The notes below the pieces were generated by a model, which was not told the origin of the DNA, ran no database searches, and worked only from the letters and a program-made list of their open reading frames with translations. DNA of 22,798 bases from an uncultured Verrucomicrobiota bacterium (GTDB lineage Bacteria > Verrucomicrobiota > Verrucomicrobiia > Limisphaerales > CAIYYI01). Made by a program: the position numbers and the translations under genes. The stretch lies in the NCBI GenBank assembly GCA_903930345.1, contig CAIYYI010000683.1:1-22798 (forward strand), written 5' to 3'. Below, one piece after another: positions 15,682-22,798 of the stretch. Position 1 is the stretch's first letter. Every line of letters starts with the position of its first letter.

Positions 15682-17940
15682 CTATTTTGCCGCCGCCGGG
15701 GCGTTGGTTGATTCCAGGTTGGCCGGAGTTTTTACCACCGGGCTTTTGACCTGCCGAACAACGCCCGGCAACGGATCGCCTAGGCGGCCGTTGGTCCATT
15801 CATTGATGAAGCCCATATTGTTCAGGACTGTGTAGGTCAGCCACAGGAGGACCACCAGCACCACTACCGACGGCCACGGGCTCTTCTTGTCGGCAAAGGC
15901 GTCGGTGATGTCGCGTTGCGCGCCGGGTGGCAGCTTGGCCACCTCCGTGAGGGAGCTGCCAAAAGGCACGTTTATACGCGCCTTGGCGTTGATGGCCCAG
16001 CCGTTGGCATCCAGGATCGGCCCCAGGTTGCGTTTGCGCAGCTTGAGCCATGCAATCAACATGGAAGGACCTGAAATGAGGAGGGTGAGGGCCACAAACA
16101 CCAGCGGAATCTGCCAGGTGGGCAGCTTGATGATGCCCGTGGCCAGCGCGGAGAGCGCCGTGCCAATGGCCCCGAAAGCCACGCCCAGGGCCGCCACCGC
16201 TCCGACATCGATCTTCTTCACCTCCGCCGGTTTCGATTTGTCCAGGTTCGCGGTCGTGGCGGCTGCCGTCTGGAGCTTGGTGGTGGATTCCGCGTCGGCC
16301 GCTGCTGCGCGTTTGGCGATCTGCTCCTCGATCATCCGCACCAGTTTCTTGTACGGTGCCCAGAAGGCCTGCCGGATGCTGATCGGGTTATCCACAATGC
16401 GGGTGATCGTCGCGTCCCAATCCCGCCCTTTGCGGTCGTAAAACACGCCGTTGCGGCCCGGCATCAGATTGTCGCTGTCGCCATCGGTGAACGCTGCGAG
16501 GATCTGCATTTTCTCCCCGGTGCTCTTGCGCACGCAGTCGCAGTACGCCAGGTAGGTGCCCGCCAGTCCCGCCATGGCGGCGTGCTTGCCGGCATCCTCC
16601 ACGGTGAGGCAGAGGTCGCAGCTCCGCTGGTCCAGATAGAGCTTGCCCGCCTGGAAAATGGCCTTGGTTTTGCGTCCGTAAAAATCGTAGAACGAGACGA
16701 AGTTGACGAGCAGCCGGTACAGGTCGCGGTTGAGGCGGACGAGCTTGTCCACCGCCACAATCGAGTTGGACTCGGCTTCCAGGGCTTTGTCCTTGGCGAG
16801 GAGCGCCAGGATGGCCGCCTGGCCCGGACCAGCCAGGATTTCCCGCACCCGACCCAGCCCCAGCTTTTCCACGCTGACCCCCGCTTTGGCGGCCTGCCAA
16901 GTCTCAAAAGGGATAAACTTGGCCGCCAGCAAATTCCAGTCGGCTTCGGTGATCGTCGTCTGATTTCCCAGCACTGGCGCCACCACCTCGGCTTGCAACC
17001 GGGCCAGCACACCTGCCCAGGCCGGGTTGACGCCCACCAGCAGGTCCAGCGGCTTGCCTGACTCCACCCGCGCCGCAGGCAAGGCCAGGATTTCGGCCGA
17101 GCCCAGGGTTAGATCCCGTGTGGCCAGGGTCTGGTATTCCTTCTCGTCTCGGTTTAACGGCGCTTGGGCCCGTGGGTCAAACGCCGCCAGTCGGCACCGG
17201 GCAAAATAATCGTCCACCTTGGTCCGGGCGGCCTTGATGGCGGCCAGAGCGCTGCCCGTGGCCTCCCCTAATGGCCGTAGCGTGGGATCGGTCTCCGCCT
17301 TTTTCCACCAATCTGAATAGGCCCGGGCCTCGGCCAGAAACAGTTCCAGCCGTGCCTGGCTGATGCCTGGTTTGCCGCTGCGATCCGGCTCCGATCCGCT
17401 GCAGGCAATGATGTCGGTGATGACGCTCACAATCGCCGCATCCGTGGTTGAATCGGCGGGGATGATGCCGTCGCCGTTGAACTTCGTCTGCGCAAAGATT
17501 CGGGTCGTGTCGGTGGTGTCTTCCACTGAAATCTCCGTGGCGTCCGGCTTGCCAAGGTTGACCAGGATTTGTTTGGCGGAGGTTAGCAGTTGCTTGCCTT
17601 CCGGCAGCGCGTCGTTGATGGCGTCCAGCGGCAGGGAGGGGGAGCTTTTCAGCAGGATATCTGCGTTCTTCAGGTTGGCGCAGGCCCACTTGGTGGCCGC
17701 CAGAATCTCCGGTGCCCGCACCCGCCCGTCCTTGTCCGTGTCTACCAGGTCCAGCGTGCGGGTGTCGAACTCCAGCCCGCGGGTGGGGCAGCTCAGCGCC
17801 ACCCAAAGTTTCTGGTCCAGCTTTTCCAGGTTCTGAATGTCCGCTCCCGATTGCAGGTTGACCTGGTCAAAACCACCGGCCCGGAAAAAATTCCAGACAT
17901 GCCGGTTTCCGTTGCCGGTTTTTATCAAGGTTGAGGTCAT
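15682..17940 (-). CDS. Large conserved hypothetical membrane protein: ~600-aa soluble N-terminal region with EF-hand-like loop and CxxC..CxC cluster, plus three C-terminal TM helices
   Basis: ATG at 17938-17940 (MTSTLIKTGNGNRHVWNFF..); an in-frame GTG at 17968-17970 would add 10 aa. DTDKDGRVRAPEI resembles a Ca-binding loop. CDLCLTV..(22 aa)..AYCDCV could be a metal site. Distinctive block GEKMQILAAFTDGDSDNLMPGRNGVFYDRKGRDWDATITRIVDNPISIRQAFWAPYKKL. Three predicted C-terminal TM segments. No family recognised. Confidence 0.7.
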   Translation of the reverse strand: MTSTLIKTGNGNRHVWNFFRAGGFDQVNLQSGADIQNLEKLDQKLWVALSCPTRGLEFDTRTLDLVDTDKDGRVRAPEILAATKWACANLKNADILLKSSPSLPLDAINDALPEGKQLLTSAKQILVNLGKPDATEISVEDTTDTTRIFAQTKFNGDGIIPADSTTDAAIVSVITDIIACSGSEPDRSGKPGISQARLELFLAEARAYSDWWKKAETDPTLRPLGEATGSALAAIKAARTKVDDYFARCRLAAFDPRAQAPLNRDEKEYQTLATRDLTLGSAEILALPAARVESGKPLDLLVGVNPAWAGVLARLQAEVVAPVLGNQTTITEADWNLLAAKFIPFETWQAAKAGVSVEKLGLGRVREILAGPGQAAILALLAKDKALEAESNSIVAVDKLVRLNRDLYRLLVNFVSFYDFYGRKTKAIFQAGKLYLDQRSCDLCLTVEDAGKHAAMAGLAGTYLAYCDCVRKSTGEKMQILAAFTDGDSDNLMPGRNGVFYDRKGRDWDATITRIVDNPISIRQAFWAPYKKLVRMIEEQIAKRAAAADAESTTKLQTAAATTANLDKSKPAEVKKIDVGAVAALGVAFGAIGTALSALATGIIKLPTWQIPLVFVALTLLISGPSMLIAWLKLRKRNLGPILDANGWAINAKARINVPFGSSLTEVAKLPPGAQRDITDAFADKKSPWPSVVVLVVLLWLTYTVLNNMGFINEWTNGRLGDPLPGVVRQVKSPVVKTPANLESTNAPAAAK

Positions 17941-18055
17941 GATTTGCTTGGCTTGGTTTATCGTTTGCACCGGTGTTTTTCAATCTGAAACGCCCTGCGA
18001 CCGGCCCGGATACTTTGGGTGGCCACGGAGCATATACTAGGCTGGGTTTTTGTTT

Positions 18056-18094
18056 TTGCAACCGGTTGCTTTGCGCGGACATACCCGCTATAAG
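18056..18094. promoter_or_regulatory. Candidate divergent sigma70-type promoters sharing a 12-bp palindrome GCAACCGGTTGC (18058-18069)
   Basis: Plus strand: TTGCTT (18066-18071), 17-nt spacer, TATAAG (18089-18094), just upstream of ATG 18106 (near-leaderless). Minus strand: TTGCAA (rc of 18056-18061), 16-nt spacer, TAGTAT (rc of 18034-18039), reading toward the 752-aa gene. Prediction from sequence only. Confidence 0.3.
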
Positions 18095-18105
18095 TGTCCA
18101 GCCTT

Positions 18106-18660
18106 ATGCCTGAAGTTGGAATCAAACCTGCCGGAGTGCCGCACCTCTACGAGGTGAATTACCCTTCCCAGGGGCAGTATGGTTATCTCGTCAAACTGAC
18201 CCGGCACCGGAAAAAAATCTACAAGGTTTTCAATTTCAACAAGTACGGCTCCTCCGCCGAATGCCGTGCGGCGGCCGAGGGGCATGCCCGGCAGGTGGAT
18301 CTGGAGTTTCCCTGCCTCAGTCGGCGCGAGCGCTCGGAGCTGCGCCGTTCCCACTTCAAGGAGGGCACCGTGGGGGTCCGGCGCGTTCAGCGGCGCATCA
18401 ACGGACGGCTAATCCCCTATTGGCAGGCATCCTGGAGCCCGGAGCCGGGCCGGGTGGCCCGCAAGATCTTTTCTGTGGAAAAACACGGGGATGAAACCGC
18501 GCGCACTCTCGCTTTGGCCGCCCGGGAGGCGGCGCTCGGTGCTTTGGATGACATTCTCCCCCGGCAGAACCTCCCGGTTCCCGTGCCCGCACCGGTCGCG
18601 CCTGAGCCGGTCCCGGTGGAGGAGTTTTTCGGGTTCAACCTGGATGTCTCGCTGCTTTAG
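18106..18660 (+). CDS. DNA-binding protein with two tandem AP2-like domains
   Basis: Repeat 1: YGYLVKLTRHRKKIYKVFNFNKYGSSAECRAAAEGHARQV. Repeat 2: VGVRRVQRRINGRLIPYWQASWSPEPGRVARKIFSVEKHGDETARTLALAAREAA. Both fit the AP2 pattern (beta-strands with a basic core, then the helix ..eeAARAYD..). ATG at 18106 preferred; GTG at 18094 lies inside the predicted -10 box. The stop TAG 18658-18660 overlaps the convergent stop of the next gene. Confidence 0.55.
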   Translation: MPEVGIKPAGVPHLYEVNYPSQGQYGYLVKLTRHRKKIYKVFNFNKYGSSAECRAAAEGHARQVDLEFPCLSRRERSELRRSHFKEGTVGVRRVQRRINGRLIPYWQASWSPEPGRVARKIFSVEKHGDETARTLALAAREAALGALDDILPRQNLPVPVPAPVAPEPVPVEEFFGFNLDVSLL

Positions 18661-19526
18661 GAGGCAAATTGCGGGTGTTGCCGCAACTTTTCCCACGTTT
18701 CGGGGCGCAGTGGTGACTGCTGATAAACCGGTTCCACCATTGGCTCCGCGCTGGTGGAGCGGTGGGCGCGTGTCAGCCAGGTCCGGTCCAGCGGTTGCGC
18801 CAGCAATTCTAGGCAGTTGGCTGCCAGGGTGGTTTCCTCCTTTTCACCCGTGGCGTGCCCGGCCCCCACAAAAAATCCCGCCAGCAACAGGGTCACCCGC
18901 AGCAGCGTGCTCCGCGAGTAGGTGGGCAGCGCGCAGGGGCGTTGCGGATCCAGCAGTCCGTACAGCCGGGCAAACAACGGCAGGGTCCACATGGTGGGAT
19001 TGCGGGCGGGCGAATAAGCGTCAAACAGGATGGCATGCGGCGCACAATTGGCCGGCTTGCCCCCCGTTTGCCAGGCGGCCAGTCGGCTGGGGAAATCCCC
19101 TGGAAAAACCTCCCAGTCCACCCGCAGTTGTTCCCATGTGAAAGTCACCCGCCCCGCATTCAGCAGTTCGCGCAACGGCGTTTCCAGCCCCGTCAGGTAA
19201 CCCAGTTCATTCGCATGTTCCAAGGCGAACGCCAGCGGTTCCAGGGTGTGGTCAAAACTCAGGATGCGCACCTGGCGGTCGAGCCCGGCCAGCGCCCGGA
19301 TGGCCTCCGCCGGATTGGCCGCGGCCCCCAGGCCCACGTCCCAAATGACAAATTCCTCCGGCGTTTGTGCCACCCGCTCGCGCAGTTTCAGTTGTTCCAC
19401 ATAAAGCGCTCGGGCCTCCTGGGCGGGACCGATGACCGGGTGAAAGGTTTCCCGCTCCGCCAGGGAGTGAATGCTCCGGCTTCCATTGGCCAGAGTGACG
19501 AGTTTATAGCCCGCGTTGGCGTGCAT
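18657..19526 (-). CDS. Stand-alone MnmC-like SAM-dependent methyltransferase domain protein (DUF752; tRNA mnm5s2U-type)
   Basis: ..FVIWDVGLGAAANPAEAIRAL..VRILSFDHTLEPL..HAILFDAYSPARNPTMWTLPLFARLYGLLDPQRPCALPTYSRSTLLRVTLLLAGFFVGAGHATGEKEETTLAAN aligns block-for-block with the N-terminal methyltransferase domain of E. coli MnmC (DAWFLDGFAPAKNPDMWT..LATFTSAGFVRRGLQEAGF..GFGRKREML). ATG 19524-19526 chosen; the 96 codons upstream in the ORF track overlap the next gene and look non-coding. Confidence 0.65.
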   Translation of the reverse strand: MHANAGYKLVTLANGSRSIHSLAERETFHPVIGPAQEARALYVEQLKLRERVAQTPEEFVIWDVGLGAAANPAEAIRALAGLDRQVRILSFDHTLEPLAFALEHANELGYLTGLETPLRELLNAGRVTFTWEQLRVDWEVFPGDFPSRLAAWQTGGKPANCAPHAILFDAYSPARNPTMWTLPLFARLYGLLDPQRPCALPTYSRSTLLRVTLLLAGFFVGAGHATGEKEETTLAANCLELLAQPLDRTWLTRAHRSTSAEPMVEPVYQQSPLRPETWEKLRQHPQFAS

Positions 19527-19564
19527 GCAAAATTGGGTTGTCGGCAAGGGGTTGGGGAGGAGGG

Positions 19565-20023
19565 TCAGGCGTCCGGTTCGGTGGCCGCTGTTTGGGGGGC
19601 AGTGGTCACGTCGCCGATCGGGGTGCGCAAGGCCAGCAGTTTGGCCACATCCCCGAACCAGGTGACCTGGCCGCACCGGGTACACATCCACGCCCTCGTC
19701 TCCACATTCGCGTCCTGAAACACCCAGAATTTCGTCTTCAGCGGACGGAAATAACACGCTCCGGTGCTCTGGACATGTCCTTCCACCAAATCGGTGCCAT
19801 GGCAGGAGGGGCAAGTCTGCTGCGCTTTATCCACCTCCACCGCGCTCCGATGCACCTGCACCATTCCTTCCAGATCCTCCTGTAGAAACCGTATGGAATC
19901 CCCCACCTTGCGATAGGTGATCTTGCCCTCCCGAATCCACCGGTACAAGGTCGGTTCCCCCACATCCAAGTAATCGGCGGCATCCTTGATGGCGAACCAT
20001 TTTGGCTTTGAAACCGTAGTCAT
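19565..20023 (-). CDS. Excisionase-family HTH (HTH_17) DNA-binding protein with C-terminal zinc-ribbon
   Basis: WFAIKDAADYLDVGEPTLYRWIREGKITYRKVGDSIRF matches the excisionase/MerR-type HTH_17 pattern. It is followed by CPSCHGTDL..(34 aa)..CTRCGQVTWF, a CxxC..CxxC zinc ribbon. ATG at 20021-20023 (MTTVSKPKW..); an alternative ATG lies at 20042-20044. Confidence 0.65.
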   Translation of the reverse strand: MTTVSKPKWFAIKDAADYLDVGEPTLYRWIREGKITYRKVGDSIRFLQEDLEGMVQVHRSAVEVDKAQQTCPSCHGTDLVEGHVQSTGACYFRPLKTKFWVFQDANVETRAWMCTRCGQVTWFGDVAKLLALRTPIGDVTTAPQTAATEPDA

Positions 20024-20078
20024 ATGCAACACAAGTACAGCCATGGATATGAATAATCAATAAAAACCATAAATGGAG

Positions 20079-20128
20079 TAGTCAATAGTGAGAACCGACC
20101 CCTGGGGGTCGGTTCTCACTATTGACTA
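20079..20128. repeat. Perfect inverted repeat: 24-nt arms TAGTCAATAGTGAGAACCGACCCC / GGGGTCGGTTCTCACTATTGACTA separated by 2 nt (TG)
   Basis: Read directly: 20079-20102 is the exact reverse complement of 20105-20128. It lies 51 bp upstream of the HTH/zinc-ribbon gene start (20023), abuts the stop codon of the propeller remnant (20126-20128), and is flanked on the left by an AT-rich stretch (20045-20078). Confidence 0.9.
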
Positions 20129-20416
20129 ATGGCACGCGGCGTGGTTTCCAATCAAGGCATCAGAAGGGCGCGATAAAATCAGTTGGTATGGCCTGCCGCT
20201 TGGGGACCAATCACCGTCCCGGTGGCATGGGAAACCAGGACATTTGTTGCGAAACTGATCCACCCCGGAGGCAATCTCAACTGTCGTCAGCACCGTGCCG
20301 ATGTCCGAATCCATCACCGCGAGTTTGCCGTTGGTGTCGGCGCAATACAGCCGCTTGGCTTTCGGGTCGAATGCCAGACCATGGGGGCTTTTCGCCGTGC
20401 CCGTGTTCCAGCGCTG
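20126..20416 (-). pseudogene. Remnant of a YVTN/NHL-type beta-propeller repeat protein gene (internal fragment, no proper start)
   Basis: Minus-strand frame reads ..TGTAKSPHGLAFDPKAKRLYCADTNGKLAVMDSDIGTVLTTVEIASGV.., a textbook propeller blade (P.GlAfdP.gkrLYvad..g.l.viD..tg.v..ti.vg). The frame is bounded by a stop at 20417-20419, has no ATG before the motif, and the C-terminal 45 aa do not look propeller-like. Only about one blade is present. Confidence 0.35.
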
Positions 20417-20752
20417 TTAGGGTGGTGAAAACAGCCCTGGATTGACATTCCGACATTTTGGTGAGACCGTTTCTCCGTTGGTTAATGCAGCCTAAGTTGG
20501 CTTTCCTTCCTGAAAGTCAACGCGGGGGACCCAGATTCCTCGGACGTGTGTCCGGGGGCGGGGCGAATGGACGCGGGTAACCGTGAACTAGGTCACTTCC
20601 TTGACCGAGCCCGTCAGCTAACCTCGTCGGCATTGGGAAGGGCGATCCTCTAGGATTCCGCTGCGCGGAATTCCCATGTTCTCCCCGTTCTGAAACGCGT
20701 TGTACGCCGTGCGACCTCAGTCGTGCGGTGCGCAGCCACATTGGAGTTGAGT

Positions 20753-22534
20753 ATGAGAACTATGATCCTGTTGGCGGAGTTAACCCCGGTTCACCTCGGG
20801 TTGGTGTCGGTGTTGCTGTTGTTCCTGATCGCAGGCATTCCCCTGCTGACGGGGGCGGTCCTGATCCATGAACGGCAGGTGGGCATTGTCATCAAAAAGT
20901 TTGGCGGACGGTCGCTGCCACCGGAGCGATTGGTTGCCCTGGCAGGTGAGTCTGGCTACCAGGCCGACACTCTCGCGCCGGGTTTGCACTTCGGCTTGTT
21001 CCGCTGGCAATACCGCATCCTCAAAGTGCCCGTGACGGTGGTGCCTCAGGGCGAGATCGCATTGGTGGTTGCCGCGGATGGCTCCTCCATTCCGCCGGAG
21101 TGCATCCTGGGCCGGATTGTCAATTGCGATAATTTCCAGGACGCGCGCAAATTCCTCGTCAATGGGGGCGAGAAGGGCCGTCAGCTCGGCCTTCTCACCG
21201 CAGGCACCTATCGCATCAATACCGCGCTGTTCACGATCATCCAGTCAGCCACCGCTCCGGCGAACGGCATGGAGCATTGGCAGCTCCAGCTCCAGCGGGT
21301 TGAGCCGGACATGGTCGGCATTGTCACCACCCTTGATGGCCGGCCCATTGAGGCTGGCGAGATCGCCGGGCCGACAATCCCCGGCCACGAGAACTTCCAG
21401 AATTCGCAGGCCTTTCTGGATGGCGGTGGCCGGCGCGGTCTGCAGGAGCAGATCCTGCTGTCCGGCACCTGGAATCTCAACCCGTGGTTTGTTCAGGTTG
21501 AACAGGTGCCGATGGTGCAGATCCCCATCGGTTATGTCGGGGTGGTCATCTCGTTCGTGGGTCAGGCGCACGTTGATGTCAGCGGCCTGGAGTTCAAGCA
21601 TGGCGATCTTGTCAACGTGGGTCACAAGGGCGTGTGGGTGAACCCGCTCTATCCGGGCAAGCACCCGCTCAACACCCGGGTGATGAAGGTGGAGCTGGTG
21701 CCCACCACCAATATCGTCCTCAACTGGGCCACCCGCACTGAGGCCCACCATTACGATGAGAAGCTTCAGTCCATCACCGTGCGTTCCCGGGATGGTTTCG
21801 CCTTCAACCTCGATGTGTCGCAGATCATCCATGTCGGCGCGCTGGATGCCCCCAAGGTCATCTCGCGTGTCGGCTCCATGCAGAACCTGGTGGATCATGT
21901 CCTGCAGCCGATCGTGGGCAATTACTTCCGCAACTCGGCGCAGGACTACACCGTGCTGGACTTCTTGGGCGCCCGCAGCCAGCGCCAGGTGGAGGCCGCC
22001 GGGCATATCCGCACCGCTATCTCCGCCTACGATGTGCAAGCCATTGATACCCTGATCGGCGACATCAATCCGCCCGCGCAGCTCATGCAGACGCAAACCG
22101 ACCGCAAGATCGCCGAGGAGCAGCGCAAGACCTACGAGGTGCAGGAGGCCGCGCAAATCCAGCGCCAGCAGCTCGTCCGCCAGACCTCGCTGGCGGATAT
22201 CCAGCAGCAGGTCGTGGGCGCCGAGCAGGGCGTCAACATTGCGGAGCTTCAGGCCAACGCGCACGTCAAGCAGGCCACCGGAGAGGCGGAATCCGTCCGC
22301 CTCCGCGCCCATGGCGAGGCGGAGGCCATCCGGGCCACAGGCCAGGCCAAAGCCGAAGCCTATCGCGCCGGGGTGGAGTCGTTGGGAGCCCAGTCCTACA
22401 CCGTGATGCAGCTCATGCAGATTGTCGGCGAACGCAACGTGCGCATCGTTCCGGATGTCGCGGTCAGCGGTGCCAACGCCAACCCCGGCCTGGTGGATGG
22501 CCTGTTGGGCCTGATGGTTCACCGCCAATCCTGA
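20753..22534 (+). CDS. Flotillin-like SPFH/Band-7 domain membrane protein
   Basis: N-terminal TM (LGLVSVLLLFLIAGIPLLTGAVLI), then the SPFH start ..HERQVGIVIKKFG... Long body with a C-terminal flotillin-type Ala/Glu/Gln-rich coiled coil (..RKIAEEQRKTYEVQEAAQIQRQQ..EAEAIRATGQAKAEAYRAGVESLG..). ATG 20753 chosen because GGAG sits 6 nt upstream (20743-20746); the track start at 20723 is a GTG. Confidence 0.8.
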   Translation: MRTMILLAELTPVHLGLVSVLLLFLIAGIPLLTGAVLIHERQVGIVIKKFGGRSLPPERLVALAGESGYQADTLAPGLHFGLFRWQYRILKVPVTVVPQGEIALVVAADGSSIPPECILGRIVNCDNFQDARKFLVNGGEKGRQLGLLTAGTYRINTALFTIIQSATAPANGMEHWQLQLQRVEPDMVGIVTTLDGRPIEAGEIAGPTIPGHENFQNSQAFLDGGGRRGLQEQILLSGTWNLNPWFVQVEQVPMVQIPIGYVGVVISFVGQAHVDVSGLEFKHGDLVNVGHKGVWVNPLYPGKHPLNTRVMKVELVPTTNIVLNWATRTEAHHYDEKLQSITVRSRDGFAFNLDVSQIIHVGALDAPKVISRVGSMQNLVDHVLQPIVGNYFRNSAQDYTVLDFLGARSQRQVEAAGHIRTAISAYDVQAIDTLIGDINPPAQLMQTQTDRKIAEEQRKTYEVQEAAQIQRQQLVRQTSLADIQQQVVGAEQGVNIAELQANAHVKQATGEAESVRLRAHGEAEAIRATGQAKAEAYRAGVESLGAQSYTVMQLMQIVGERNVRIVPDVAVSGANANPGLVDGLLGLMVHRQS

Positions 22535-22798
22535 CGAACAGCACCCACGTCCTCGGGCGTTTCGGGACGCTCCAATTCGTGCCACAAACCGGCGGCGACG
22601 CGCTCCTGCGTGCCGCCGGAAAGCACAATTGGTTGGCCGTGCCGTGAACACAACACTCGTGCTTGCTGTGGACACCTCGGACAAAAACCGGATCGAAAAA
22701 GTCTCCTCATCGGCTGGTCTGCTCTCGTTCATTTTCGAACCCCATCATTTGGTGGGGAGAGGCTCCCGCCGAGCCGTGCCCAGAGTGGCAGCGGCGTC

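Noticed and set aside
18855-19718. 287-aa plus-strand ORF, and the N-terminal 96 codons of the 18657-19814 ORF
   Set aside because: The plus-strand ORF is antisense to the MnmC-like gene. The 96-codon N-terminal extension of the MnmC-like ORF overlaps the HTH gene in another frame and lacks similarity to MnmC, so the start was moved to ATG 19526.
20122-20445. Plus-strand ORFs (107 aa and 81 aa)
   Set aside because: Cys/Arg-rich junk translations. The opposite strand carries a recognisable beta-propeller blade, which is the better explanation for this stretch.
21245-22732. 495-aa minus-strand ORF
   Set aside because: Antisense to the flotillin-like SPFH gene, which has a strong domain signature and a GGAG Shine-Dalgarno. 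No motifs in the antisense product.
1-22798. CRISPR arrays, tRNA/rRNA genes, IS elements with terminal inverted repeats and transposase
   Set aside because: No regularly spaced direct repeats, no cloverleaf-compatible segments in the intergenic regions, and no transposase- or integrase-like ORF were seen in the window.

Overview
High-GC window, likely Verrucomicrobia or Planctomycetes, densely coded; most real genes lie on the minus strand. All calls below come from reading the six-frame translations by eye; no searches were run. The ORF track renders GTG/TTG starts as M, so several starts were re-picked. From left to right: (i) the 3' end of a membrane-protein gene; (ii) a probable operon of two tandem paralogous membrane-anchored coiled-coil proteins with periodic Thr-Asn motifs, followed by an Rrf2-family regulator; (iii) a sulfated-glycan module: a Tat-signal FAD oxidoreductase, an arylsulfatase with CxPxR, and a DUF1080 hydrolase-like protein; (iv) a co-directional signalling cluster: a hybrid histidine kinase (HisKA-HATPase-REC-REC), a stand-alone REC, an unusual DHp-DHp-REC protein carrying a catalytically degenerate class III nucleotidyl-cyclase homology domain, and an FHA-like/DUF4388 protein; (v) a YceI-like lipoprotein; (vi) an LplA/LipB-family lipoate ligase, endonuclease III (nth) and a 752-aa membrane protein of unknown family; (vii) a small accessory-looking segment: a tandem-AP2 DNA-binding protein, a stand-alone MnmC-like (DUF752) methyltransferase, an excisionase-type HTH plus zinc-ribbon protein, a perfect 24-bp-arm palindrome beside an AT-rich patch, a beta-propeller gene remnant and a flotillin-like SPFH protein. 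No rRNA, tRNA or CRISPR array was seen. The most novel-looking items are the DHp-DHp-REC-pseudocyclase relay protein with its surrounding phosphorelay, the Thr-Asn-heptad coiled-coil paralog pair, and the AP2/HTH/palindrome locus.
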